From NCBI GenBank assembly GCA_013343275.1, contig CP046106.1:32001-96000 (forward strand): a stretch of DNA of 64,000 nt. The letters run 5' to 3'. The translations under genes were made by a program, and so were the position numbers. A model generated the notes under the pieces. It had not been told where the DNA came from. It saw only the letters and a program-made list of their open reading frames with translations, and did not search any database. Of the stretch, positions 1 through 9,115 are shown piece after piece. The DNA comes from Candidatus Nanohaloarchaea archaeon (GTDB lineage Archaea > Nanohalarchaeota > Nanosalinia > Nanosalinales > Nanosalinaceae). How positions within the stretch are numbered: position 1 is the first letter of the stretch; each line of letters opens with the position of its first letter.

Positions 1-193
1 CTACAATAACTAGAGGTCTGAGAACTCTTCCGGAGTCAGTGTTGATTCTTACTTCGTCTCTGTCTTCAGCGTAGTAAATGCTGACTTCCTGATCTATCTC
101 ACCACTTCTTCTCTTCTCCTTCAGCTGTTCAAGTGCTTCTTCAGGTGAATCTGCGTCACCAAGGATTTCTCCGTCAAGGAATACCTTGGTCAT
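1..193 (-). CDS. rpoB1: DNA-directed RNA polymerase subunit B' (C-terminal half of split RpoB), N-terminal part only; runs off the window
   Basis: Manual translation from ATG at 193 gives MTKVFLDGEILGDADSPEEALEQLKEKRRSGEIDQEVSIYYAEDRDEVRINTDSGRVLRPLVIV, matching the start of archaeal RpoB'. It lies directly downstream of rpoB''. Confidence 0.9.
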   Translation of the reverse strand, partial: MTKVFLDGEILGDADSPEEALEQLKEKRRSGEIDQEVSIYYAEDRDEVRINTDSGRVLRPLVIV

Positions 194-271
194 TTAGGCC
201 CACCTCTTGAAGCTTGTTTTTGCGGCTTTTGCCTTTTCAACAAGTTTTTCACGAATTCGCATAGTATCCAT
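194..271 (-). CDS. Possible 25-aa basic micro-ORF bridging rpoB'' and rpoB' (MDTMRIREKLVEKAKAAKTSFKRWA)
   Basis: Its ATG overlaps the rpoB'' stop (TAATG) and its TAA abuts the rpoB' ATG (TAAATG). It fills the gap exactly and is not in the ORF track. Confidence 0.4.
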   Translation of the reverse strand: MDTMRIREKLVEKAKAAKTSFKRWA

Positions 272-1731
272 TATTGATTCACTTCAATTCCGGTTTCCTG
301 AAGCTTTGCCTTCAGAGAGTTCTTCTCCATGTCGTTCAAGCCGGTAGAAACGTTAGCGGACATAGCAAGATGCGTACGCAGTCCGATGTTCATACCTTCC
401 GGTGTCTTGATAGGACAGACACGACCCCACTGCGTAGGATGCAGGTCACGGGCCTCAAAGTGCTGTCTGTCGCTTGACAGTGGAGAAACAATGTTTCTCA
501 AGTGCGATAAGGTTTTGATACGGTTATTTCTTTCCAGTGACTGGCATACTCCTGTACGTCCTCCGACCCAGTTACCTGTTGCCATAGCTCCCATAATCTG
601 TTTGCTGAGAGTATCTGCAACAACTGTTGACTGGAGTGAAGGTAGTCGGCCTCTCTTAGCGGACTTCTGGAAGTTGTACTTCATACGTGCAACCAGACCC
701 CATTTGCCCAGGAATACTGATCTGAACTGCATCTCCAGAAGCTCTCCTGCCAGGTTCAAACGCTTGTTTGCGTAGTGGTCGATATCGTCTTCCTTGATAT
801 CTCCTTTTCCAAGCGCAATAGTATTTCTGATCATGTTTGCCAGAAGCTCGGCCTTTTCGTCACGAGCCTCTTCCTCCTGTCCAAGATGTGGAAGCAGGTA
901 ATCGTCCAGAATGCTGGTAACTCTTTCCTCAACGTCGTTAGTAACTCCTGCACGGTTAGCGATGTACTCGAAGGCCTCTGCCTGGTCTGAGGCATCTACT
1001 TCGTAAAGGTTCAGGTAGATGTCGGAAGCGTATTCGTCTCCGATAAGCTCGACGATCTCCTTGTCGGTCTCGTAACCGAGAGCTCTGATTAGAGCGATTG
1101 CTGGCGTATTCTTTACGTTCGCGAAACTGATCTCGACAATATCGTCATCTCTCTCAAGGATATGTCTCTGAACGTATCCTTCGTTCTCGGAGTTGATTCT
1201 GCATGTCTGCTCTCCGTCGTCTTCCTGGTAGATCGGCTTGTTATTCGCCATCTCCTCCATGGAGATGATAGTCTTCTCGGAACCGTTGATGATGAAGTAT
1301 CCTCCTGGATCCTTTGGATCTTCTCCTGCTTCACGCAGCTCCTCTTCGTCCATGTCTGAGGTCCAGCATAGATCGGAACCAACCATTACCGGGATCTCTC
1401 CGATGGTAACTTCCTCGGATTCCTGCTGGATGCCCTCGAAGATCGGAGTCATTGTTACTTTGATTTCTGAAGAGTAGGTGAGATCTCTCATACGGGCCTC
1501 TTTAGGTGTGATCTGCCGTACGGATCCGTCGGCTTCGTTGATCTTAGGCCTCTCGATCTCTACGTCGACGATCTTAATTACGAGGTCCTCTCCATCAGGT
1601 AGTTCCGGTTCGATGGATCCGACTTCGTTGAGAATGTTCTGAATTCTTTCGTCGACAAAGCGGTTGTATGATTCTATCTGGTGTTTAACAAGGTTTCTAT
1701 CGATCAGCTGCTCCAGGAATTGTTCATTCAT
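271..1731 (-). CDS. rpoB2: DNA-directed RNA polymerase subunit B'' (N-terminal half of RpoB)
   Basis: Motifs PKEARMRDLTY, DPGGYFIINGSEK, DDIDHYANKRL and RDLHPTQWGRVCPIKTPEG; follows rpoH. Confidence 0.97.
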   Translation of the reverse strand: MNEQFLEQLIDRNLVKHQIESYNRFVDERIQNILNEVGSIEPELPDGEDLVIKIVDVEIERPKINEADGSVRQITPKEARMRDLTYSSEIKVTMTPIFEGIQQESEEVTIGEIPVMVGSDLCWTSDMDEEELREAGEDPKDPGGYFIINGSEKTIISMEEMANNKPIYQEDDGEQTCRINSENEGYVQRHILERDDDIVEISFANVKNTPAIALIRALGYETDKEIVELIGDEYASDIYLNLYEVDASDQAEAFEYIANRAGVTNDVEERVTSILDDYLLPHLGQEEEARDEKAELLANMIRNTIALGKGDIKEDDIDHYANKRLNLAGELLEMQFRSVFLGKWGLVARMKYNFQKSAKRGRLPSLQSTVVADTLSKQIMGAMATGNWVGGRTGVCQSLERNNRIKTLSHLRNIVSPLSSDRQHFEARDLHPTQWGRVCPIKTPEGMNIGLRTHLAMSANVSTGLNDMEKNSLKAKLQETGIEVNQ

Positions 1732-1734
1732 TGA

Positions 1735-1974
1735 TTATCGACTCTCAATAACTTCTCTGTAGTAGGTGGTTTCTCCAGCGGTAGGAGATTCTCTGACAAT
1801 CTCGATCACGTCACCAACTTCCGGATCAAGGCCTTTGATCGCAGCATCAGTACGCTCGATCTTAGGTAACTGTTCTTTTGTAGTATCGTATTTTTCAAGA
1901 AGCTCTTCAACTTCGTCTTCGTTCATTTTTCTGTGTTCCGGAACCGCCACGTGGTCAGTAACATCCATTGCCAT
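1735..1974 (-). CDS. rpoH: RNA polymerase subunit H (Rpo5)
   Basis: HVAVPEH...LPKIERTD...GDVIEIVRESPTAGETTYYREV; upstream of rpoB. Start moved to ATG 1974. Confidence 0.96.
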   Translation of the reverse strand: MAMDVTDHVAVPEHRKMNEDEVEELLEKYDTTKEQLPKIERTDAAIKGLDPEVGDVIEIVRESPTAGETTYYREVIESR

Positions 1975-2085
1975 GATTGATTGCACACCGCCTAGAAATA
2001 GTCTTAGACAAATACAAGTCCTCAGGTAAACTTTAAATACCGTGGGGCAGACGGCGAAACACCTATAAAGACCCTGCGCAAATAC

Positions 2086-2751
2086 TCAGAAATTAACTTT
2101 CGAATTCTTCCTCATACTCGAAAACCCTTCTCCGACAACTACATGATCCAGAACCTCTACTCCAAGGCCTTCTCCCAACTCAACGATTTCTTCGGTGGTC
2201 CTCACGTCCTGTTCGGTTGCAGAGGCCTCTCCTGAAGGGTGGTTGTGCGTGAGGATCATTGCTGAAGCATTGCAGTTCATGGCTTCCTGGAAGATATCTC
2301 TGGTATCGAAACCTACTTCGCTGATACCTCCGTCAAACTCTTTCTCCCTCAGCAGTTCGTTGCCGGAGTTCAGGTAGAAAACTCTGAGAACCTCCGACTC
2401 CATAAACCTCATATCGTCTGTACGGGCCTCTACATCGCTTAAACTTTCTATTTTATCCCTTTCCTCTTTCTTCAGTCTTCTGGCCAGCTCTCCGACAGCT
2501 ATCAACTGTCCTGCCTTAACCCGTGAAACACCTTCAAACTTTTTCATCTCGTCCGGTTCTCTGTCAGCTATCTCATCCAGAGAGTACTCTTTGAGGATCT
2601 CAGAACTCAGCTCCTTCACGTTTTTACCCTGCGTCCCTGTACGCAGAACTATCGACAGAAGCTCTACATCGGAAAGATTCTTCACGCCGAGATCTTCCAG
2701 CTTTTCCCTAGGCCTCTCGCTCTCCGGCAGATCCTCTATACGGTAGTCCAT
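2086..2751 (-). CDS. radC: RadC family protein (JAB/MPN domain)
   Basis: N-terminal ERPREKL...LSDVELLSIVLRTG, JAB motif HNHPSGEASATEQD and VLDHVVVG. Confidence 0.93.
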   Translation of the reverse strand: MDYRIEDLPESERPREKLEDLGVKNLSDVELLSIVLRTGTQGKNVKELSSEILKEYSLDEIADREPDEMKKFEGVSRVKAGQLIAVGELARRLKKEERDKIESLSDVEARTDDMRFMESEVLRVFYLNSGNELLREKEFDGGISEVGFDTRDIFQEAMNCNASAMILTHNHPSGEASATEQDVRTTEEIVELGEGLGVEVLDHVVVGEGFSSMRKNSKVNF

Positions 2752-2832
2752 GATTTGTACAAAAAATATTCTCCAGCGATTTATAGGCCTGGCCTGGAAA
2801 CTGTAAAAATCTTTCCTGCCTAAAGCAGTGGT

Positions 2833-3621
2833 ATGGAAGAGATACTCAAAAATCCGGATATCGAAAAGGCCAGAGAAGTTCTCTCAGAATACCTCTCTAG
2901 AGAGTACACTGTCCAGATAAACGGCCTCTGCTCCGTCAACTATCAGGGCAGAGCCAAGTCCAAGCTTGACAGGGGAGAAAGACTGGTAATCAAGAAGCAG
3001 GACTCCGCAGTACTTGTACACGGACCTGAGAACTACCAGCCGAAGAACTGGCAGCCTGAAGTAGACTCCTACTCGGTTGAAGTCGATGAGGAGAACCGAC
3101 ACTTGATTCTGGAGGCCAAGAGAAACAGTCCGGAGGAGATAGTTGAGGTAAGGTTCGAGGAGATCGACCTACTGACTGTAGACCAGCTAGTCGATAAATC
3201 CGAGCTCAAGATCGCAGGCCACGAAGTAGATATACATGAATCAATAGAGGAAGAGCCTGAGATCGTGGAAGAAGGCCTTAAAGTCATTGAAAGAGAGCGA
3301 GAAACCCCTGCAGGATTCATAGATGTTTTCGCACGTGACGAAGAGAATAACTATGTTGTAATCGAGGTGAAGAGAAATCCGGACTATAACACTGTTCTGC
3401 AGCTGCAGAGATATGTCGATGAGATCGATGAAGAGTTCCAGGGTAAGGTTCGGGGCATACTTGTCGCACCGAAGATGACGGACAAAGTCCTTGACTATCT
3501 TGAAGACAGAGATCTCGAGTTTGTAGAGGTTGAGATGGCTGACGTAATCAACTCCTACGATGCTATAGATAACTCACAGAAAGGCCTATCCGACTTCTCC
3601 GCTGACTACAGTACCGATTAA
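2833..3621 (+). CDS. nucS: Endonuclease NucS/EndoMS
   Basis: CSVNYQGRAKSKL..GERLVIKKQDSAVLVH..YQPKNWQP and a C-terminal PD-(D/E)xK domain (GFIDVFARD..VVIEVKR..QLQRY). Confidence 0.95.
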   Translation: MEEILKNPDIEKAREVLSEYLSREYTVQINGLCSVNYQGRAKSKLDRGERLVIKKQDSAVLVHGPENYQPKNWQPEVDSYSVEVDEENRHLILEAKRNSPEEIVEVRFEEIDLLTVDQLVDKSELKIAGHEVDIHESIEEEPEIVEEGLKVIERERETPAGFIDVFARDEENNYVVIEVKRNPDYNTVLQLQRYVDEIDEEFQGKVRGILVAPKMTDKVLDYLEDRDLEFVEVEMADVINSYDAIDNSQKGLSDFSADYSTD

Positions 3622-3896
3622 TGCCTCCTGTCTTTTCTGGCCTGTTCATCAGCCTCTAGCTGGAGATCAATTTTCTCAACTATATCTTCATACATCTCCT
3701 CGCCAAAAAGCACCTCTACCTCGTCCTGAGTATTTCTTCTGTCAATACTGACGCTGACACTGTTATCGTCGAAAGGATGGTCGTCGTAATGGTTTGTGGT
3801 GTATCTTAGTGCATAGTCAAAGCCTGAAAATGCAATTTCTGTTAGGTCTGCGGTATCTGGAACGTCACGATGGTAAGTATCAAGACTGAAGGCCAT
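3618..3896 (-). CDS. Hypothetical acidic protein
   Basis: 92-aa ORF with host-like acidic composition; it fills the gap and its stop overlaps the nucS stop. Confidence 0.6.
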   Translation of the reverse strand: MAFSLDTYHRDVPDTADLTEIAFSGFDYALRYTTNHYDDHPFDDNSVSVSIDRRNTQDEVEVLFGEEMYEDIVEKIDLQLEADEQARKDRRH

Positions 3897-3991
3897 GGAT
3901 AGATTTAATTACTGCAGTAATTCTTTTCTAATTATCTTTCAGCCCTCTAGAATATGTAGACTCAAAAATCTTCACTGACAACAGAACTCAT

Positions 3992-5950
3992 ATGTGTGGT
4001 ATAACAGGAGCTCCTAGAAAAGGAACAGTAAAAGCCTTGAACAAGCACCTCAATCATAGAGGCAGCTCCTGCGACGCAGTACAGACAGAGAACTACTCAA
4101 TAGGCCATTACCTCCACTCGGTAGTCGGAGAACTCCAGCAACCTATCAAAAATGAAGGACTGCTGACAGCAAACTGCGAAATATACAACTGGAAAGAGAT
4201 AAATGAAAAATATTGCTGGAAAACGGAAAATGATGCAGAAACACTGCTCAAGCTACTGGAAGAAAAAGGCCTTCAAGGTCTTGAAGAAATTGACGGAATA
4301 TACGCATTCGCCTATATCAAAGATAATGAACTAATTCTGGCACGGGATATTCTAGGTGTAAACCCGATCTGGTATACAGAGAAAGATGAGGAGTTTGCCT
4401 TTGCATCGGAGAAACAGGCTCTGGAAAAAGAAGGTCTTGAATGCCGGGAACTGCACCCGAGGCAGATACTGAAATATGATTTGGAAACAGGTGAGAGAAG
4501 CTTTGAACAGAGAGAATTCTTTGAAATCGACGTGGATGAGAATCTAGAAATAGAACAAGCAGCTGAAGAAATCAAGGAAAAATTTCTGGAGGCAGTTGAG
4601 AAAAGAGTGCCTGAAGGGGATGTAGGCCTTCTGTTTTCAGGAGGTGTTGATTCCACCTTGATTGCTGCGGCGTTACAGAAATTAGGTAAAGATTTCACGG
4701 CCTATACTGCTGGGATACAGCACGGAAATGTTGATGCTCCGCGGGACATGGACTGGGCTCAGGAAGTAGCTGAAGATATGGATATAGAACTTGAGTCCTA
4801 TGAAGCGGAACTTGAGGAGGTTGAGGAAACTCTGCCGAAACTCGTTGACTGGATATCAAGCACCTCTGTCGTGAAAAACGGCGTAGCACTGCCATTCCAT
4901 TTCGCCCTGAAGAACAGTAAAGAAAAAGAGCAAGTCATAATGTCAGGCCTTGGTTCGGAACAGCTTTACGCAGGATACCACCGTCAGCAAGGTTATCTGA
5001 ACAAGGAATGTCTTTCAGGCCTTAGATCAATTTTTGAACGAGATCTCTACCGTGACAACGTGATCAGCTTCAGGAACGGCCGTGAGATCAGGTTACCATT
5101 CCTTGATCATGATCTAATCGAGCATGCGTTGACTATACCTGAAGACTACAAGGTGAAAGATGAATACAGAAAATATGTGCTTAGAAGGGCTGCTGAAAAG
5201 CTAGGAGTGCCAGAAAAAGTCGCCTGGAGAGGTAAGACTGCAGCTCAGTACGGCAGCAACTTCGACAAGGCGATAGACAAGCTCTCCAGAAATAAGGACT
5301 TTGATCACAAACAGGAGTACCTTAACTCCCTGCGCAGTGAGCCGAATAACAGGATCGCAGCCCTTACTTCGGGAGGGAAAGATTCTAATGCTGCACTTTA
5401 CAGGGTACAGAGAAGGAATAACGAGATTTCCTGCCTGTTGACTCTGAGATCCGAAAATAAGGATAGCTACATGTTTGACTCGAAGAAATCTAGAGGACAC
5501 CTGGAGGAACAGGCGGAGAAACTAGGCATACCGTTACTTGCTCAGGAGACGGAGGGCGAGAAAGAGACAGAACTGGAAGACCTGAGAAAAGGCCTGGAAA
5601 AAGCCAGAGAAAGCTATAATGTTGAAGGAGTTGTTGCCGGAGCACTAGCCTCTACCTATCAGCGGGATAGAGTGGATAAAGTGGCAGAAGAAGTAGGGCT
5701 TAAAGTTTTCACTCCGCTCTGGCAGGAGGACCAGGCCCGTTACATGAGGTGGCTGATTAGGGAAGGTTTTGAGGTTGAGATTACAAGTGTAGCTACCAGA
5801 GGCCTCGATGAAAACTGGGAAGGTACAGTCCTAGATCAGGATAATATCGATGAGCTGCTGAATCTGGCTGAGGAATACAGGTTTAACGCTGCAGGAGAAG
5901 GAGGAGAGTACGAGACCCGTGTCGTAGGCTTTCCGGATTCCTTGACATAG
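3992..5950 (+). CDS. Fusion of asparagine synthetase B-like glutamine amidotransferase and diphthine--ammonia ligase (Dph6)
   Basis: N-terminal MCGI (Ntn Cys), LARDILGVNP, LFSGGVDST, SGLGSEQLYAGY and RLPFLD, then a second PP-loop domain with SGGKDS, SYMF, GALASTYQRDRV, PLWQ and GEGGEYET. Confidence 0.9.
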   Translation: MCGITGAPRKGTVKALNKHLNHRGSSCDAVQTENYSIGHYLHSVVGELQQPIKNEGLLTANCEIYNWKEINEKYCWKTENDAETLLKLLEEKGLQGLEEIDGIYAFAYIKDNELILARDILGVNPIWYTEKDEEFAFASEKQALEKEGLECRELHPRQILKYDLETGERSFEQREFFEIDVDENLEIEQAAEEIKEKFLEAVEKRVPEGDVGLLFSGGVDSTLIAAALQKLGKDFTAYTAGIQHGNVDAPRDMDWAQEVAEDMDIELESYEAELEEVEETLPKLVDWISSTSVVKNGVALPFHFALKNSKEKEQVIMSGLGSEQLYAGYHRQQGYLNKECLSGLRSIFERDLYRDNVISFRNGREIRLPFLDHDLIEHALTIPEDYKVKDEYRKYVLRRAAEKLGVPEKVAWRGKTAAQYGSNFDKAIDKLSRNKDFDHKQEYLNSLRSEPNNRIAALTSGGKDSNAALYRVQRRNNEISCLLTLRSENKDSYMFDSKKSRGHLEEQAEKLGIPLLAQETEGEKETELEDLRKGLEKARESYNVEGVVAGALASTYQRDRVDKVAEEVGLKVFTPLWQEDQARYMRWLIREGFEVEITSVATRGLDENWEGTVLDQDNIDELLNLAEEYRFNAAGEGGEYETRVVGFPDSLT

Positions 5951-6040
5951 TATTTCTATTTAAGCATGTCTTCTGCGGCCCTAGAGATATTGCTTACCTA
6001 GGCTGTCAAAATATCAGTTTTTGGTTTATTAACTCCAGAT

Positions 6041-6517
6041 TTAGAGGATATAGGTCAGTGCGTAGGCGAGCAGCACTGATCCTGTCAGCATGGCCTGTAC
6101 GAAAGCTGATCCCAGGACGCCGATAGTTGCATATACTGCTGCCTTGGCTCCGTTACTTTCATCGCCGTGAATCATGTACTCTCTGATGAATACTGTAGCC
6201 GAAACTGCTAACGCCAGGCCTATAGGGCCTCCAAGGAAGATAAACCCTATCAGGCCTGTGACTGCGGCCGCCATACTGGTTTTTCTGGATGCACCTCCAT
6301 ACTTAGCTGCTACTGCACCAGCAAACCAGTCTACAAGCAGTGCAAAACCGGAAGTAAATAATCCGAAAACAGTGAAGATTAGGCTTGGGTCATCTGCCCT
6401 GAAAAAGTAGATAAGAACTGCTGCAAGTGAGAAAACAGCTCCAGGCATCATAGGGACAATGCTTCCGACAACTCCTACTATGAGAAGGCCAATGATCAGT
6501 AGAGAGATTGCGTCCAT
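6041..6517 (-). CDS. DUF456-like membrane protein
   Basis: Hydrophobic, with GSIVPMMPG and AKYGGAS motifs typical of DUF456. Confidence 0.75.
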   Translation of the reverse strand: MDAISLLIIGLLIVGVVGSIVPMMPGAVFSLAAVLIYFFRADDPSLIFTVFGLFTSGFALLVDWFAGAVAAKYGGASRKTSMAAAVTGLIGFIFLGGPIGLALAVSATVFIREYMIHGDESNGAKAAVYATIGVLGSAFVQAMLTGSVLLAYALTYIL

Positions 6518-6666
6518 AGGGGTTCTTTTGTTGAGAAGATCTTATTTGTCTGGAGTTTTTCTAACTGTCTTCTGTTTTCGAGTGAACAAAAGCCTTTCGA
6601 AATTGGGCTGTAGAGATAGAGACCGGTCTCAAAGAGTTTATCACTGTGCTATTGGAAACTGTGTCT

Positions 6667-7689
6667 ATGTCGGAGCAGGAGAGCTCGGAGCAGCCGAGCG
6701 ATAAGATGCGTGAAAGGATAGATGAGAGCACGTGGAAGCTCTGGGTTTTGATGGAGGCCAACCGCTGGACAGTCGCAGCTGCTCTAGTCTTTACAGTGTT
6801 CGTGTCGATGGTTTTGATCGGTACAGCCGATCCAAGTCCGCTTCAGCACTCGATGGAGGTGTCTGACCCGGCTGAAACGCTTTTCCAGGGATTTCTTACA
6901 ACTATAATAACTGGAGTGACTCTGGTAGTTACTTTGAACCAGCTAGTTCTGTCACAGGAGCTTGGACCGGTAGGAGACCAGAAGGAAAGAATGAAAGAGG
7001 CCATGCAGTTCCGTGAAGATGTGGAAAATGTAATCGAAGAAGTTGTAAGCCCTCAACAGCCCTCCAAATTTTTGAAGTCTCTGCTCGATCAAGTGGAGAA
7101 ACAGTCGGAAGAACTTGAGAGCGCAGTAGGCGATCAAAGCGATGAAATCCACGAATACATCGCTGAATTAAAGAAAAACGCAGGTCAGGTCAGTAAAAGT
7201 TTGGAAAGCTCCGAGTTCGGCAATTTCACGCTTCTATCCGCAGTACTAAACTTCAACTATTCATGGAAAATAGCGCAGACACGCAGAATAAAGAAAGAAC
7301 ATGGGGAAAAACTTGGAGAAGACGTTACTCAAGGCCTGGAAGACCTGGAGGAAACACTCAAACTGTTTGGACCTGCCCGCGAGCACTTCAAAACACTTTA
7401 CTTCCAGTGGGAGCTTGTCAATCTCTCAAGAACAATGCTGTACACAGCACTCCCCGCACTTATCGTTGCAGCATCCATGATAGTATTCTACGATCCGACG
7501 GCAGTATCAGGATATACTCTAGGCCTCAGCAATGATGTGATTCTTGTCAGCATGGCTACAGCAGTCTCAGTCACGCCTTTCATGCTACTGCTCTCCTACA
7601 TCCTCAGAATCGCAACAGTTGCCAAAAGAACGCTGTCCATAGGGCCTTTCGTCTTAAGAGACGAAGACAGAAACACTCAGATCTCCTGA
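6667..7689 (+). CDS. Uncharacterised membrane protein of haloarchaeal type
   Basis: About 4 TM segments flank a soluble helical region; LVLSQELGP and FGPAREHFKTLYFQWEL resemble haloarchaeal hypothetical proteins. Start at ATG 6667. Confidence 0.7.
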   Translation: MSEQESSEQPSDKMRERIDESTWKLWVLMEANRWTVAAALVFTVFVSMVLIGTADPSPLQHSMEVSDPAETLFQGFLTTIITGVTLVVTLNQLVLSQELGPVGDQKERMKEAMQFREDVENVIEEVVSPQQPSKFLKSLLDQVEKQSEELESAVGDQSDEIHEYIAELKKNAGQVSKSLESSEFGNFTLLSAVLNFNYSWKIAQTRRIKKEHGEKLGEDVTQGLEDLEETLKLFGPAREHFKTLYFQWELVNLSRTMLYTALPALIVAASMIVFYDPTAVSGYTLGLSNDVILVSMATAVSVTPFMLLLSYILRIATVAKRTLSIGPFVLRDEDRNTQIS

Positions 7690-7761
7690 AAGAGTGGTTC
7701 TCCGAAGACATTTCTTTTCCCCCCCGTTATACAGAAAAAGATCGCTGGAACAAGTACAGGT

Positions 7762-8277
7762 ATGAATACAGTAGTCCTGGGCGGGGGATGCTTCTGGTGC
7801 ACAGAAGCCGCATTCAAAGAACTAGACGGGGTCAAAGAAGTAACATCGGGATACGCAGGAGGCCACACGGAAAACCCAACCTATCGAGAAGTATGCACCG
7901 GAGATACAGGCCACGCAGAAGTCATCAAAGTAGAATACGATGAAGAAAAAATCGGCCTCAGAAAACTGCTGGAGTTCCTCTTCCGAATCCATGACCCCAC
8001 CACCGAAGACCGCCAAGGCCCCGACATCGGTAGCCAGTACCGCTCAATAATACTTTTTGATTCAGAAGAACAGAAACAGGCCGTAGAAGAATTTATCGAG
8101 GAGAAAAGCCCTGAATACAAAGAAAAAATAGTTACCGAAGTCAAAAAACTGGAGAAGTTCTGGCCCGCAGAGGAGAAACATCAGGACTACTTCGAGAAAA
8201 ATCCGAACGACGCATACTGCACAATGCACGCAGGCCCGAAAGTAGAGAAAGCTAAGGGGTTTGGAGACGAGAGATAG
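7762..8277 (+). CDS. msrA: Peptide-methionine (S)-S-oxide reductase
   Basis: GGGCFWCTE, GYAGG, GHAEV, RQGPDIGSQYRS and AEEKHQDY motifs. Confidence 0.97.
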   Translation: MNTVVLGGGCFWCTEAAFKELDGVKEVTSGYAGGHTENPTYREVCTGDTGHAEVIKVEYDEEKIGLRKLLEFLFRIHDPTTEDRQGPDIGSQYRSIILFDSEEQKQAVEEFIEEKSPEYKEKIVTEVKKLEKFWPAEEKHQDYFEKNPNDAYCTMHAGPKVEKAKGFGDER

Positions 8278-8443
8278 ATTATACACCGAGGTTTAGATAG
8301 GTGTACAGTTTGAGCTCCTGAATTTTGACATCAATAAGTTCTGAAAGTTTTCGTCTTTAAATATCTCTTACGGACTGTACACCAACTAAGGCTTAGATGT
8401 ACTGAAAAAGATAGAGTCAGAAGACAAACTTGGTTGAGACAAG

Positions 8444-8899
8444 ATGATCTTTGTATCAAAACTTCTAAATCCTGCATCTGCGCTTGCAAAAGTATTAGAC
8501 TGGTTTTATCTAGATCCGAAGGCTAAAATATCTGAGATTGAAGTTGAACTGAGGGAAATAGAGGATTCTGAAAAGAAAGTTTTCCACTTCAAAATAAAGA
8601 ACAGCTTCAGAAGAGTAAAAAATTGTACTGTATGGGTCGAGAGCGAAGGACGGAACGGTATTTACGGTAAGAAAAATATAGGCTCCTTGAAGCCATTTGA
8701 GCTTTTCGAAGCTGACGCATGTAGGGTCAGAGAAGAGAAAGTTCAAAATCTCACTTTCAAATTTGAAGTCGATGGATATCCTCAGGAAGAAAAATTTCTC
8801 TATGACTTTCTGAAAGCCGCTGAAGGTGGATTAAGCTTGATCAAACTTAGCTTGAAAGTTTGGGCCAGACGGGATTTGAACCCGCGACCACTTGGTTAA
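8444..8899 (+). CDS. Hypothetical protein in an AT-rich patch; 3' end runs antisense into the tRNA; possibly a remnant
   Basis: 151-aa ORF, less acidic than host proteins; its last codons overlap tRNA-Lys. Confidence 0.35.
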   Translation: MIFVSKLLNPASALAKVLDWFYLDPKAKISEIEVELREIEDSEKKVFHFKIKNSFRRVKNCTVWVESEGRNGIYGKKNIGSLKPFELFEADACRVREEKVQNLTFKFEVDGYPQEEKFLYDFLKAAEGGLSLIKLSLKVWARRDLNPRPLG

Positions 8900-8934
8900 G
8901 AGCCAAGCGCTCTGCCAGACTGAGCTACCGGCCC
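8861..8934 (-). tRNA. tRNA-Lys (anticodon CUU), no intron, CCA not encoded
   Basis: GGGCCGGTAGCTCAGTCTGGCAGAGCGCTTGGCT-CTT-AACCAAGTGGTCGCGGGTTCAAATCCCGTCTGGCCCA folds into a cloverleaf. Confidence 0.96.
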
Positions 8935-8993
8935 ATTAGGAGTATGTTGTGGTAAGGTCGGTTGGTTCAGATGAGAAGCATAGTTGCTTCGTG

Positions 8994-9008
8994 CTGAGCT
9001 ACCGGCCC
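8994..9008 (-). repeat. 15-bp direct repeat of the tRNA-Lys 5' end (GGGCCGGTAGCTCAG)
   Basis: Identical to 8920-8934, offset by 74 bp. Confidence 0.9.
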
Positions 9009-9115
9009 GTCAGTCTGTATGAATTATTCAGGTGGAAAATCTTTATAGTAGATATGCTGTGTAAGGGTTTGTGGTTTAAGCTTTCGGCCCTAATTATAGT
9101 GATGCGCAGTAGAAA

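Noticed and set aside
193-1731. Split rpoB as a frameshift or pseudogene
   Set aside because: The break matches the established B''/B' split of many euryarchaea, and the second half has its own RBS and ATG.
2086-2751. RadC as marker of a mobile or defence island
   Set aside because: It is the full-length form with host-like composition, flanked by core genes, and no mobility or defence genes are nearby.
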